DNA from: a virus
Lineage: Duplodnaviria > Caudoviricetes
Virus record (IMG/VR): IMGVR_UViG_3300008255_000067
Coordinates: 1-37,862 of that record
Reading direction: 5' to 3' (one strand)
DNA: 37,862 nt
The position numbers were made by a program, and so were the translations under genes. The notes under the pieces are model-generated. The model was not told the DNA's origin. It saw only the letters and a list, made by a program, of their open reading frames with translations, and did not search any database. This document shows, piece by piece, positions 7,926 to 17,807 of the stretch (position 1 is its first letter; every line of letters begins with the position of its first letter).

Positions 7926-9716
7926 CTAATTAACTGCAGCAGGCATACCACCGCCACCACCCTGAGCTTGCATCAACTGCATTAATCTCTGAGTGTTTGC
8001 GCCTACTGGCTTACCATCAGCACCCAAGCGTGGTCTGTTAGCCATATCACCGCCCATCGCATCAGCCCCACCCATCATTTGCTTTTCTTTTTGAGCTTCA
8101 AAATCCATGACTTCTTTTGCTTCATCATCTGGTAAATCAGCTACATCAAGTAATCTTTTCTTGTAGATTCTCTGCAAAGGTACATTATCAGGCATCGCAT
8201 CTTTAGCCACATTAATGGTTTGCAGTTGAGTAAGCTGTCTTTCTTCTTGATCAGCCTTAGAAACTACCTTACAGTTATAACCTTCACTTGACTTGTGATC
8301 TTCAGCAGTGATCACCTTCTTAAACATATTGCCCTTGTACGACTTCTTGTAGAGTGGTAGAGGATCGAGCTTATCACCGGCTGCCTCAAGCATCTTGTAA
8401 TATCGAGTTGCAAAATCCTGCCATGACTCAATATAGAATTTAGAGATTGAACTGATACGTTCTTGAGCATTAGCAAACGCTAACTGCACTTCACCAAGAG
8501 TAACCTTACGACCTTCTAAAGCACCCTGCTGCACCGCCGTAGCTGCAGTTGCACGCTCTACCAGATCCATTAAAAACTTCAGCTCATCCATTGATTCAGA
8601 TAAATCATTCACTTGCACCGGTTTTAATAACTTATTCGGATCACCTGGCACTGGATAGAAACCCCAAGCCATAGCTTCAAATGTCTGAGGTGTCCAAGTC
8701 TTTTTAGCCGTAGCATCATAGAAATGAGGATTAAAGTTACGTAGTGTACGATTCTCAACTAACTGAGCAATCCAAGAGTTCACCACTTTATTAGGAGTAC
8801 GCACAATATCACTGATCGAATCTGACCAGTAATCAACACGCTCAATATCATCAGCCCAAGTACTAAATGGTAAGTGATCACGCCAGTAGTGATCAAACGT
8901 CACACCAATTACTTCTTCAAGAGGCTTGACCATCAGCACATGAGTTTTATCAGTTAAGCCAGTAACCACTAAATAAAACTGATCTAATTTTTCTTCACTG
9001 TCATAAAGCTTAATGTAATGTTCATTTAACTCTGAAACTGTTTCACCAACTTGAGGATTATCAATATCAACCACACCCATCACACGCATACGCTCATTCT
9101 TATCACGCAAGCTTTCACCATTCTCTGCAGACTTCATCAAGCCTTGCTCTGAAGCAAACCATTTTTTCATCTCTTGAATCTCTGAAAAGTCATAGAAGGG
9201 ATTAAGTTCAATATCAGCCAACCGTCTAAAAATATGTTGGTGACAGAAATAGTGGTGTGAATCAATGTCAGTAGGATCACCGTAACGATCAACTAAAATA
9301 TCAAACGTATCTTCAATACTAAAAACAAACCTGCCATCACGGATATTAAGCTTCTTATGTGACCGACCAGTACCAAACACCATCTTCTTATCAACAATAT
9401 CTTTCAGTACAATCTTATTTTTCTTACTATCATCTTCCCAACGTGCATTTAAATAAATCTCTTTTTGCTTATCATTCGCCAATTCTTCAAACACAATCTG
9501 AGGCAGTTCATCAGTTTTAGCCATAATCGTTTTGATCGTCTGCTTCATCAGAGGTACATTCACGCTCTGCCTCTGAGTAAGACGATTAATAACAACTTTA
9601 TCTCGAGCTAGGGTATAGTTTTCTGTCCAATCACCATGACGGCGTAATTGCCACTGATATGCCGACTCTTTTTCTCGGTCTACCATCATTTTGATAACAT
9701 CTTTAGTGGGTATCAT
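7926..9716 (-). CDS. Portal protein (P22-like)
   Basis: 596 aa, follows terL, helical, TLGEVQ..ANAQER motif, Q/M/G-rich C-terminal tail. Confidence 0.85.
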   Translation of the reverse strand: MIPTKDVIKMMVDREKESAYQWQLRRHGDWTENYTLARDKVVINRLTQRQSVNVPLMKQTIKTIMAKTDELPQIVFEELANDKQKEIYLNARWEDDSKKNKIVLKDIVDKKMVFGTGRSHKKLNIRDGRFVFSIEDTFDILVDRYGDPTDIDSHHYFCHQHIFRRLADIELNPFYDFSEIQEMKKWFASEQGLMKSAENGESLRDKNERMRVMGVVDIDNPQVGETVSELNEHYIKLYDSEEKLDQFYLVVTGLTDKTHVLMVKPLEEVIGVTFDHYWRDHLPFSTWADDIERVDYWSDSISDIVRTPNKVVNSWIAQLVENRTLRNFNPHFYDATAKKTWTPQTFEAMAWGFYPVPGDPNKLLKPVQVNDLSESMDELKFLMDLVERATAATAVQQGALEGRKVTLGEVQLAFANAQERISSISKFYIESWQDFATRYYKMLEAAGDKLDPLPLYKKSYKGNMFKKVITAEDHKSSEGYNCKVVSKADQEERQLTQLQTINVAKDAMPDNVPLQRIYKKRLLDVADLPDDEAKEVMDFEAQKEKQMMGGADAMGGDMANRPRLGADGKPVGANTQRLMQLMQAQGGGGGMPAAVN

Positions 9717-9728
9717 AGTAGTAAATTC

Positions 9729-11213
9729 CTACAAATAAGTAACGCCACCTTGTTTAATGGCTTCACTACTCACTCCATAATATACGTTTCTGCTACTTTC
9801 TGCAAAAGTAGTTGCAAGCGCATCGAGAATATCAGGACTATTAATACCTCGTTTTCGCATATCATCTTTCGGCTCTATCAAGATTCTACCTTTAAAATCT
9901 TTTCGATACCGGATATTGGTAGCCTCATACCAACCTGCATTAGTATCTAATTTAGCACCATGTTTAAGCCAATTATATACACCAATATCACTCGCATAAA
10001 TTTCAGCCTTCTGATTCACAAAGCGATCTTGATTACCATTTGGACACTTAGCAGTTTTATTATGTTCAGATGCTTTCTCACCAAAATTCACCGGATTAAT
10101 TTCAATACCAAGTACTGCATCAAGATAATCAGTCACACCACCACCCACACCACCATCATCAATAAACACATTCTCTGGTAGCACATGGTAATCTCTCATG
10201 GCATTTACAATCTCATCAGCCACCATAATCAAGGTATCTTTACCACCTTTATTTCTAGTTTGCAGTTGAAACTTCTTGATCACCTTAGCGTAATTATCCA
10301 TGCGAAGCACAATTACATTACTATCTCGACCACCTCGAGCCACATCAATACCTAACCGGCGTGTACCTTTAGGAATCAGATCACGATCAATCGCTTTTTT
10401 AATTGCCTCATCACTGAATAAATACATCCACCCAGAATTATCAATTGCACTTGCCGGTGGGAATTTACAAGCATAGTTAATATCAAACATTAGCGGATCT
10501 TCTTCACGCTGTTCTTCAATAAATTCTTCAGTCATACGACCCTCACGAATCGCACGCAAATAATCAATAAAAATTCTTGCATACCTAGGACTTCTCCAAG
10601 TGCGTAAAAAATGATTACGCTCAAACGGATTACCAATCTTCACCATGAAGTTATCGTGTGGATTCGCACCTAACATACGTGTAACGGTAGACTGCAACTT
10701 ATCATTAATCAAAGCAGATTCATCTTCAACAACATTAGGTGAACCAAAACCCATCAAGGCACGACTCGTTTTATTAACCCTACTTGCATCGGCACTGTAC
10801 ACACGCACTTCACCCTTTTTAGCAAACATGATTCTAGTCTTGCTCTTGCTCATTCTGAGCCGATCTAGTGGCTCTGATACCCTGAGCTGAGTGCGAATCA
10901 AAGCACTGTTAGTAGCCAACATGATCACATAATCCATGATGATCTGAGCTTTATCAGTCGTACCGGCAACAATAGCCCACTTCTCAGATCTAGGTACTAC
11001 CCTGCACAAAATACCAGCAGCTACCGCCAGTGATTTACCATACTGAGTAAGTGCAATAATTTCAACACGTTTCTTACCATCAATAGATTCTCGGTGAATA
11101 ATGCAATCAATAATCTCTAGCTGACCAGGATACCAGTGAATAGAATCACCGTTATCATCCTTAAAGTTATAAAACTCAAGTGTCTTAAGTGTGGCTGATC
11201 TGATCTTAGCCAT
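9729..11213 (-). CDS. terL: Terminase large subunit
   Basis: Walker A TQYGKS, Walker B VVEDES, IGNP coupling motif, RNase H-like GIDVARGGRD...IDDGGVGGG...SPDILDAL. Confidence 0.93.
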   Translation of the reverse strand: MAKIRSATLKTLEFYNFKDDNGDSIHWYPGQLEIIDCIIHRESIDGKKRVEIIALTQYGKSLAVAAGILCRVVPRSEKWAIVAGTTDKAQIIMDYVIMLATNSALIRTQLRVSEPLDRLRMSKSKTRIMFAKKGEVRVYSADASRVNKTSRALMGFGSPNVVEDESALINDKLQSTVTRMLGANPHDNFMVKIGNPFERNHFLRTWRSPRYARIFIDYLRAIREGRMTEEFIEEQREEDPLMFDINYACKFPPASAIDNSGWMYLFSDEAIKKAIDRDLIPKGTRRLGIDVARGGRDSNVIVLRMDNYAKVIKKFQLQTRNKGGKDTLIMVADEIVNAMRDYHVLPENVFIDDGGVGGGVTDYLDAVLGIEINPVNFGEKASEHNKTAKCPNGNQDRFVNQKAEIYASDIGVYNWLKHGAKLDTNAGWYEATNIRYRKDFKGRILIEPKDDMRKRGINSPDILDALATTFAESSRNVYYGVSSEAIKQGGVTYL

Positions 11214-11217
11214 AGCG

Positions 11218-11823
11218 TTACTTTCCTACTAAAGTTGCAACCTTATTTAAAGCCTCAGTAATTTCAGCATCCATTGAATGTTGATGTTTCTCTGGTGCGT
11301 ATGCACCTCTCACCTTGAAAAACATATCTAAAGCCTTAGCCTTAGCACTAAAATCAGCAAACTGATTCATCAAAAATAAATGCTGCTTCCCTGCATTATC
11401 ATCTGTATAGCCGTATTCTTCTAATTTTAAAGTGATGTAAGCACAAATATTAAGCTTTATTAAGTTTTGAGAAGCTATAACCGCAGCCATTTTATAATTG
11501 ATAGCACCGGTAGATTCGCCGGTTTTCTTATCTTTAAAATACACATCGTAACCAGCCTCAATAACCGCATCAACCCCATTAGCTTTAAAATCTAGGTAAT
11601 ATTCAACAAACTTTTTTTGTTGCTGAGTAAGTGAATAACCCTTACCATCAAGACCAACAAACGTAAAAAACCTACCCATTCGCTCACGATCAGTAGGCAC
11701 TTCATCAATATGTTTTTTAGGAGTAACAGGCTTAGATTCTACAGAAGTTTTGCGCTTAATCTTGATTATGCGTTTTGCCTTCTTAGGAGTTTGAGCCTGG
11801 CTCGTTCCTTTTTTAGTTGGCAT
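11218..11823 (-). CDS. terS: Terminase small subunit
   Basis: LTQQQKKFVEYYL..NGVDAVIEAGY...AAVIASQNL HTH signature, directly upstream of terL. Confidence 0.85.
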   Translation of the reverse strand: MPTKKGTSQAQTPKKAKRIIKIKRKTSVESKPVTPKKHIDEVPTDRERMGRFFTFVGLDGKGYSLTQQQKKFVEYYLDFKANGVDAVIEAGYDVYFKDKKTGESTGAINYKMAAVIASQNLIKLNICAYITLKLEEYGYTDDNAGKQHLFLMNQFADFSAKAKALDMFFKVRGAYAPEKHQHSMDAEITEALNKVATLVGK

Positions 11824-11840
11824 ACCATATCAGTATAGCA
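11824..11840 (-). promoter_or_regulatory. Extended -10 promoter, nearly leaderless terS transcript
   Basis: TGc TATACT then 8 nt to the ATG; no SD. Confidence 0.5.
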
Positions 11841-11843
11841 GAA

Positions 11844-11975
11844 TCAAGAAACGAAAATACCAATAACTATATTTAACAAGCCAATTAGCGTTATAACAAT
11901 AAAGAAGATACCCACTAAAATCATCCACTCACGATCATACGGATCACTCAAGTGAGGTATTTTAGGTACATACAT
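11844..11975 (-). CDS. Small membrane protein (43 aa; not in the ORF track)
   Basis: MYVPKIPHLSDPYDREWMILVGIFFIVITLIGLLNIVIGIFVS*; starts right after the upstream stop (TAAtATG). Confidence 0.65.
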   Translation of the reverse strand: MYVPKIPHLSDPYDREWMILVGIFFIVITLIGLLNIVIGIFVS

Positions 11976-11976
11976 A

Positions 11977-12363
11977 TTATTTACTTACTTTTTTAGTTTC
12001 TTTCACCGTTTTTTCTAACTCTGCCTGATCTTTAGCTTTCTTCTCTGCCTTAGCCTCACCAACACCATCATCTAGGTACTTCGTTTCAACCATTGAACAA
12101 ATCTTAATCCTGTTACTACCAGTACGCACTATGCGGATCACACCGCCCCTAGTCTGCTCTGGTGAAAGTTCTAAGTCATACTGAGATTTACTAGCCTTCA
12201 GCTTAATTTCAGGTGTACACGCCCACACCATCTCAGGCATATCTTTAACCGTTTTTAAATCAATTGCCTGATTACCTTCTTGTGCTTCAAGCTCTTTATT
12301 AAAATCACCAATAATAGCTTTATGTCTTTTTTGCTGTTCTGGTGTCAATTTACTTTTTTTCAT
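11977..12363 (-). CDS. Hypothetical protein
   Basis: Likely start MKKSK at 12363 with GAAAGGA SD. Confidence 0.7.
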   Translation of the reverse strand: MKKSKLTPEQQKRHKAIIGDFNKELEAQEGNQAIDLKTVKDMPEMVWACTPEIKLKASKSQYDLELSPEQTRGGVIRIVRTGSNRIKICSMVETKYLDDGVGEAKAEKKAKDQAELEKTVKETKKVSK

Positions 12364-12371
12364 AATTCCTT

Positions 12372-12461
12372 TCAATCAAAATTATTTATAAACCACATAC
12401 TCAGTTTACTACTCACTTTATCCAACATCCGGTAAATGAACCAGTAAACTGTTTCTTTCAT
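12372..12461 (-). CDS. Small hypothetical peptide (29 aa; not in the ORF track)
   Basis: MKETVYWFIYRMLDKVSSKLSMWFINNFD*; ATGA overlap with the exonuclease stop; fills the gap. Confidence 0.45.
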   Translation of the reverse strand: MKETVYWFIYRMLDKVSSKLSMWFINNFD

Positions 12462-13045
12462 TGACTGTTACCCCATAAATCTAATTTCAAGCCGTTTTTG
12501 AGTACTTGTACCAGATCCCTAGTTGCCCGAACATCTGATAAAGCATCGTGTGCCTCGAGTGAGATACCAAAATGATCACACATCGTACTGAGCTTATGAC
12601 CGTAGGTTTTGATTACACCGGCGTAACTTAACGCTCTGAATACCGGTAGTGGATCAATGAGCTGCCAGTTTTGATAGTACCCCCACTTATCAATAGCAAA
12701 TTGTCGCTTAAACATTTGATCTATAAACTGTAAATCAAAGTTACCATTATAAGCAGCAGGATAAAACTTATCTGACCAACTACCATACTTTACATATTTA
12801 TTAAGTAACTCAGTAAATTTATCAAAACCTTCTTGTGCCGATGGGTAGGATCTTAGATCTTCAATTGTTTTACCAGTAACTTTTAATGCTTCAGTACTTA
12901 CCGCCGTACCCTTAGGTGGCTGCATAAAATAATTAAACTCATCTACAATCTCACCATCTACCTCAATCAATCCTGATAACTGCATCACAAAATCAACATT
13001 AGGATTCAAGCCAGTAGTTTCTACATCAAAGTAAAGTACCTTCAT
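12458..13045 (-). CDS. DEDDh 3'-5' exonuclease (DnaQ/epsilon-like)
   Basis: FDVETTGL, AYNGNFD and HDALSDV motifs. Confidence 0.92.
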   Translation of the reverse strand: MKVLYFDVETTGLNPNVDFVMQLSGLIEVDGEIVDEFNYFMQPPKGTAVSTEALKVTGKTIEDLRSYPSAQEGFDKFTELLNKYVKYGSWSDKFYPAAYNGNFDLQFIDQMFKRQFAIDKWGYYQNWQLIDPLPVFRALSYAGVIKTYGHKLSTMCDHFGISLEAHDALSDVRATRDLVQVLKNGLKLDLWGNSQ

Positions 13046-13227
13046 TTCCTGCTTTCCTTTACAACCTTAATATCTGTTGATAAGCACAAGCCACACACTT
13101 GAGGTTTCTTATTTTTTGAGTTTAAAACCTTGCATCCATTACACTCATAAATATTTAAGCCCTTTTCATCACACTCTTGAACAATAAACTTTTCCATTAG
13201 TTGTTTATTTATTGGCTTGCATCTCAT
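13042..13227 (-). CDS. Small zinc-ribbon protein
   Basis: CNGC...CGLC; ATGA overlaps on both sides. Confidence 0.65.
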   Translation of the reverse strand: MRCKPINKQLMEKFIVQECDEKGLNIYECNGCKVLNSKNKKPQVCGLCLSTDIKVVKESRK

Positions 13228-13988
13228 ACTATAAAACTTTCTAATGTTATTGGCTGATAACCAACTGCCTCAACTGCTAGTAATTTCTGGTAGCTGTTTT
13301 TCCTAATCTGCATCTCTGGATCTAACCGGCGATGATCTGTCGTATGAAAATGACCATGCACATTAATGTCATACCAGCCATCCCAATACTGAGGTATGTG
13401 ACTAAAACAAACATTATGACCAAAATAACGATCTTTTATCACCTCACCTACAAAATCCCACCCATGCTCAAGATACCAGTTATTTGATTTATGATCATGA
13501 TTACCCTTGACCAACCACTTCTTACCTTCAATTTGCATAAATCTCTCATGCCATACCTCATCTTGACCTATACAAAAATCACCTAAGTGAATCAGTACAT
13601 CACCTGGATTAATCATTTTACTCAAGTTATCAATCATTAAAGCATCACAATTATCAGGACGGTTGCACCACTTCTTAATAGCTACATGACCAAAGTGCGT
13701 ATCAGTAATTAACCAGATCTTATTTTCACCATACATACTTTCTAACTTTTCATTCGCTATCTTCAATCCAATAATAAATGCCACATCTCCAATAAAGCTA
13801 CTCAAGTTGGTGCAGGTTTTCTCACCGATCAGATCACCATTTACTTTATCGTAAATAGCTACATCAAAACCATTTAAACAAACTTCTAAGCACACTTCCT
13901 TGCCATCTGGTAACACTGCACTAAAATAAAAACCAAGCGTCTGCAGTGATTCTATTTTAGTAAAGTCTTGAGGTTTAACTTGATACAT
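13224..13988 (-). CDS. Calcineurin-like metallophosphoesterase with an N-terminal extension
   Basis: TDTHFGH, HLGDF, GNHD, SH and HGHFH motifs; likely start MYQVK at 13988, directly after the upstream stop. Confidence 0.88.
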   Translation of the reverse strand: MYQVKPQDFTKIESLQTLGFYFSAVLPDGKEVCLEVCLNGFDVAIYDKVNGDLIGEKTCTNLSSFIGDVAFIIGLKIANEKLESMYGENKIWLITDTHFGHVAIKKWCNRPDNCDALMIDNLSKMINPGDVLIHLGDFCIGQDEVWHERFMQIEGKKWLVKGNHDHKSNNWYLEHGWDFVGEVIKDRYFGHNVCFSHIPQYWDGWYDINVHGHFHTTDHRRLDPEMQIRKNSYQKLLAVEAVGYQPITLESFIV

Positions 13989-13989
13989 A

Positions 13990-14250
13990 TTAATATAAAT
14001 CCTCACTAAATAACGTAGTACCCATATACCCCTCAGGACTCGCACTCGGTATACCAGCTCTATTTTGTATGATCCTACCTCGCTCTCTAGTAACAAACTT
14101 ATTCTGTGACGTAATAAAACCCTGAGCCTGCGGTGAGTGTGACGGTTTTAAGCCCATTCTCTTGATTAAAAGAATACAATCAGCGTGCCTATGCCCTCTG
14201 ATCACCAATCCTTTAGTCGTTTTAACTGCAGCGCAAATTATCTGTAACAT
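13990..14250 (-). CDS. Conserved phage hypothetical protein (ICAA...GHRH...QGF...SEDLY type)
   Basis: Motif set I recognise from small phage proteins of unknown function. Confidence 0.75.
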   Translation of the reverse strand: MLQIICAAVKTTKGLVIRGHRHADCILLIKRMGLKPSHSPQAQGFITSQNKFVTRERGRIIQNRAGIPSASPEGYMGTTLFSEDLY

Positions 14251-14251
14251 A

Positions 14252-14620
14252 TTAATTCACCACACTTTTCTTTTTTTGTACGGCGTTCATGCTTTTAACC
14301 AGCTCATCACACTGCACTAGTCGCTCATACTCAGGCTCGCTCACCATGACGATACCTTCAGCACCCACTACATCAACTGCGCCGGTTTTAATACCCTCTG
14401 ACATCTGGGTATACATAATTGCATCAATATTTTCTTCTTTAAAGTTTTCAATAAAATCATTAATAATCTGATCAATCTCTACTTGAGGATAGTAACCATT
14501 CTGAGTTTTATGATTCAACTCAGCTAATTTTTCGTCATACTTTTTATAAAGCCTCGAAGTACGCTGAATACTCCACACCGCCCATACTGCTAAAATTGCA
14601 CCGATTAAATATAACCACAT
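14252..14620 (-). CDS. Hypothetical protein with an N-terminal TM helix
   Basis: Hydrophobic N-terminus; tightly coupled (TAAtATG). Confidence 0.7.
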   Translation of the reverse strand: MWLYLIGAILAVWAVWSIQRTSRLYKKYDEKLAELNHKTQNGYYPQVEIDQIINDFIENFKEENIDAIMYTQMSEGIKTGAVDVVGAEGIVMVSEPEYERLVQCDELVKSMNAVQKKKSVVN

Positions 14621-14621
14621 A

Positions 14622-14858
14622 TTAAAATCCTTCCTTTGAATAACCTAGTGTTAATTTTCTACTTCCATCTCTTGATACTTCCTCAATAGTTTTTGAATTA
14701 CCAATTATTTTTTCTAACTCACCCATACCTGCAACTACAGCAAGTTTCTTTCTTGAATCCTGCCACTTCATAAACCTATGAACCAGATACACTATACCTA
14801 CCGGCAGTGACCAAATAAAAGCAATAATAATTATTCCAACCGGTACACTAACTTGCAT
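14622..14858 (-). CDS. Small membrane protein
   Basis: N-terminal TM segment; coupled to its neighbours. Confidence 0.65.
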   Translation of the reverse strand: MQVSVPVGIIIIAFIWSLPVGIVYLVHRFMKWQDSRKKLAVVAGMGELEKIIGNSKTIEEVSRDGSRKLTLGYSKEGF

Positions 14859-15204
14859 CTTTACCCCTTCTGAGTTTAATAAACATTTTATTCGTTAATA
14901 CTCGATCTGGTTCAATCATCATGTGACACGCTAGGCAAGCTCTCAGCGTTTCAGTGAAGGCATGAAGTAAGCTAGGCTTATCTTTATACCAGCTACGCTT
15001 GTGCCGATGTGCATAGGTGAGTTTAAGCAGCTCACCGTTAGAGTATTTTTCTTTACCCAAGCACTGAGGTGATAGCTTCAGCTCACAATAATCAATCTTC
15101 TTTTCAGCATAGATTTTATCTAGCTCTTGATTAGCATCCTTATTTTTCTCAGTTTGAGATTTCTTCTTAGTGCCAACTTGAGAAAGTTTAGAATAGCCAA
15201 TCAT
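14848..15204 (-). CDS. Zn-binding HNH/NinG-like nuclease-fold protein
   Basis: CELKLSPQC...AHRHKR...ACLACH pattern. Confidence 0.6.
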   Translation of the reverse strand: MIGYSKLSQVGTKKKSQTEKNKDANQELDKIYAEKKIDYCELKLSPQCLGKEKYSNGELLKLTYAHRHKRSWYKDKPSLLHAFTETLRACLACHMMIEPDRVLTNKMFIKLRRGKDAS

Positions 15205-15500
15205 AGCGATCCCCTCTCAAGTTCTTCTAGCTTCACCTCATACACTCGGTAGTAAATCTTAAACTTAGCCCAATCAAACTCAGTATGAAAAATACTAAAA
15301 CAATCGTTTTTTATTAAATGACTTGGTATATTAAAATAAGGAAACTCATCATTACTAATATCAGGACTAATAGCTTCAATCCAGATATTAACTTGAGGTG
15401 CTACTGCATAAAACTTTTTAAAAGATACAACAGTTTCAACAAATTTTAAGTCAACTAGATTAGATTTAAAAGTTAAGTTGTGATCTTGTATATTATTCAT
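15201..15500 (-). CDS. Hypothetical protein
   Basis: Overlapping, coupled ORF in the small-gene array. Confidence 0.65.
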   Translation of the reverse strand: MNNIQDHNLTFKSNLVDLKFVETVVSFKKFYAVAPQVNIWIEAISPDISNDEFPYFNIPSHLIKNDCFSIFHTEFDWAKFKIYYRVYEVKLEELERGSL

Positions 15501-15807
15501 CTTGACCTTTAATAATTTCTAAAGCTTTTTCACACTCCTCTTTCCAATACTCAAACCACTGAATACGTCTAAATGTTCTGCGGTTAAAATGCTCTTTAGC
15601 TTTTTCTTTAGTGTCATACGCAAACGTGTTGTAGGCGTTTTTACTTACTCGCTTGAGCTTACCTTTAAAAACTACAGAATAAGGATATGGGTAGCTTATA
15701 AAATAAGTATGCTTAGTTTCTCTAACTACATCAAGTTCTCTTAATAACACTTGAGTATCACCATCTTCACTCTTATATTCAATTTCGTATCTGTAAAGTT
15801 TATTCAC
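15493..15807 (-). CDS. Hypothetical protein
   Basis: GAGGTG SD; coupled ORF. Confidence 0.7.
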   Translation of the reverse strand: MNKLYRYEIEYKSEDGDTQVLLRELDVVRETKHTYFISYPYPYSVVFKGKLKRVSKNAYNTFAYDTKEKAKEHFNRRTFRRIQWFEYWKEECEKALEIIKGQDE

Positions 15808-16126
15808 TTTTCACCTCAACTTTCTCAATCTCTACCTTCTTAGCTAACTCAATAGGAAAATAAAACTGTTCTTCTTGACCTACCTGCTTCCACTCACCAG
15901 CCTGCCTTACCTTCTCAACATTAAACACCCACATCTCACCCTTACCACGATCAATAAACCGCATCTCAGTAGTTGAGTTTGCAGTCATGCCTATGAATAC
16001 GTGTTTAGGAATTGATAGCTGACGGTCTTTCCAAAGTACCGCTTTATTTAAATCAACATACTTAGCGTATACTGTGCCGTTAAATTGACCGAGATTGATT
16101 TTTTGTTTAGAAGATTTTTTACGCAT
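15800..16126 (-). CDS. Hypothetical protein
   Basis: Clean ORF, preceded by the AGTAACGG motif. Confidence 0.7.
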   Translation of the reverse strand: MRKKSSKQKINLGQFNGTVYAKYVDLNKAVLWKDRQLSIPKHVFIGMTANSTTEMRFIDRGKGEMWVFNVEKVRQAGEWKQVGQEEQFYFPIELAKKVEIEKVEVKSE

Positions 16127-16176
16127 ATTTGACCACCGTTACTTGGTACTCTAATTGTGCTTACTAAGCATAAGCA

Positions 16177-16410
16177 TTATTTATCTACTTGTAAAGAGGT
16201 AACTTCAATACTTATTACCTCTGGCTTCATCAGATTATCTTCAATCTCTTTAACCATCTCTTGTACTTGAATTATACAAACCATATTATTATGAAACCAA
16301 AGCTTTTTATTACTAACACCCATCACACCACCCAGATCATCAATATGGATAGGCTCACCACAACCCGCACACAAAGTCATATCTGGCGTTTTAATGTTTA
16401 TTTTTTTCAT
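16177..16410 (-). CDS. Small Cys/His protein (CxxC...HxxxxC)
   Basis: CAGC and HNNMVC motifs. Confidence 0.6.
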   Translation of the reverse strand: MKKINIKTPDMTLCAGCGEPIHIDDLGGVMGVSNKKLWFHNNMVCIIQVQEMVKEIEDNLMKPEVISIEVTSLQVDK

Positions 16411-16726
16411 CTTTATGATTACAAAACCCTGATCTAGTATGCCATGCTTCAGGATCTACAGCACACTTTTGACAGTGATGCGTAAGTATCGCCATTAACT
16501 GAATAATCTTGTAACCATCACGATCATTAGCCAATACTTTATTTGATGCAAAAAAGTCTAAGCGTTCACACTCAGCATTAAAAAACTGATTCCAGTAATT
16601 CATCTGACCACCCTCTAAACGCATTATCGCATCACACCATAACTCAGCTAAACCAAGTACTTTAGGATCACACAAGCCCATATCCCAAGCATTAGCCATA
16701 CGTTTTAAGAATTGATCTTTAGTCAT
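16391..16726 (-). CDS. Hypothetical protein with a C-terminal Cys/His cluster
   Basis: HCQKC...H...C; ATGA overlap. Confidence 0.7.
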   Translation of the reverse strand: MTKDQFLKRMANAWDMGLCDPKVLGLAELWCDAIMRLEGGQMNYWNQFFNAECERLDFFASNKVLANDRDGYKIIQLMAILTHHCQKCAVDPEAWHTRSGFCNHKDEKNKH

Positions 16727-16920
16727 GTTGCCTCAACTTTCTGGTACTCATGGCTACGTACCGTTACTATTTTGGTTTCGTTATTAAACATCACTGCTAC
16801 CCTAACTACATTGCTCAACTTACTGCACCGATCCTCTGCGTGCCATCTCGATAAGTGCATCGAATTAATTTTATTCGATGCTTTCTTAGAAACTACAGCG
16901 TACATAATCTGGTGATTCAT
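16723..16920 (-). CDS. Hypothetical protein
   Basis: ATGA overlaps at both ends. Confidence 0.6.
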   Translation of the reverse strand: MNHQIMYAVVSKKASNKINSMHLSRWHAEDRCSKLSNVVRVAVMFNNETKIVTVRSHEYQKVEAT

Positions 16921-17135
16921 AGTGGCATTTCTATAACACCGTTATAATCTTTAACTTCAATTGGTGAAAACAAACTACTTTGATTCGGATCTACTGAGTG
17001 CTTACTACAGGTTAAACAGATTCCCTTTTTAGCACGCTCATACACATAACTTGCCTTCACCCTTCCACATGAGCCGGTGCATTGAAACTTATATACTGCT
17101 CTGCGATCAATACCGTTACGAATTGTTTTACGCAT
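16917..17135 (-). CDS. Small zinc-finger protein
   Basis: CTGSC...CLTC. Confidence 0.65.
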   Translation of the reverse strand: MRKTIRNGIDRRAVYKFQCTGSCGRVKASYVYERAKKGICLTCSKHSVDPNQSSLFSPIEVKDYNGVIEMPL

Positions 17136-17137
17136 TA

Positions 17138-17536
17138 TTACTTTCCCCCCACTCCCAGATAAGGATTGAGGTATACGCTACCTATTATTTTAGTAGTCGT
17201 TTTTAAAATATTCCCTTGCTCATCTACCTTGATGTTATACGCACCACTCGCATATCTTTTAACTACCCATCTGTACGAACCATTTTGTAACACGTCACCT
17301 TCATAAATAAGATGCTCAGTCATGTACGTCTTAATGCCGGTGTACTGCTGATCTTCACCAGCTCTACGCCACCCCTCGTTAAACTCATGCTTAGGACATT
17401 TACACTCTTGATCTGTGGGTACACCACTATGCTTTACTTCTGCAATACCAGTAGCGTTTTGACTTAATTCAAAATACCAGAGTGCCTTATGACCATTTTG
17501 ACAAACTACTGGCGTTCTAAATTTAAGTTCTCTCAC
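17138..17536 (-). CDS. YopX-family protein
   Basis: RELKFR N-terminus, QYTGIK...IYEGDVL, C-terminal IIGSVYLNP. Confidence 0.8.
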   Translation of the reverse strand: MRELKFRTPVVCQNGHKALWYFELSQNATGIAEVKHSGVPTDQECKCPKHEFNEGWRRAGEDQQYTGIKTYMTEHLIYEGDVLQNGSYRWVVKRYASGAYNIKVDEQGNILKTTTKIIGSVYLNPYLGVGGK

Positions 17537-17537
17537 G

Positions 17538-17807
17538 CTACCCTTCCTTTATCCCGATATATTTATATATTGGTACTTTTGATTTTTCTTTAAAAGGATT
17601 CGGCATCAAATTATCTTGTAACATAAATTGCATAATATGCAGGTTAGAACTCGGTACTACTGCTCTACTATCATCACGATTAACTGCAGTTAGGCTCTCA
17701 GGAAAAGCCATCTGATATAGCTGAACCTTACTTGGGATTGCTTTATAAAATCTAAAATGAGGCGTAATAAAAAGTGCTTTCATATCAATCAAGCACCCAG
17801 TGTGCAT
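17538..17807 (-). CDS. Hypothetical protein (start may be MKALF at 17783)
   Basis: ORF fills the gap in the co-directional array. Confidence 0.55.
   Translation of the reverse strand: MHTGCLIDMKALFITPHFRFYKAIPSKVQLYQMAFPESLTAVNRDDSRAVVPSSNLHIMQFMLQDNLMPNPFKEKSKVPIYKYIGIKEG

Noticed and set aside
5896-16175. TGCTTACTAA shared by palindromic sites at about 5896 and 16158 as an operator
   Set aside because: Only two intergenic copies with different symmetry, and no recognisable repressor. Too weak to call.
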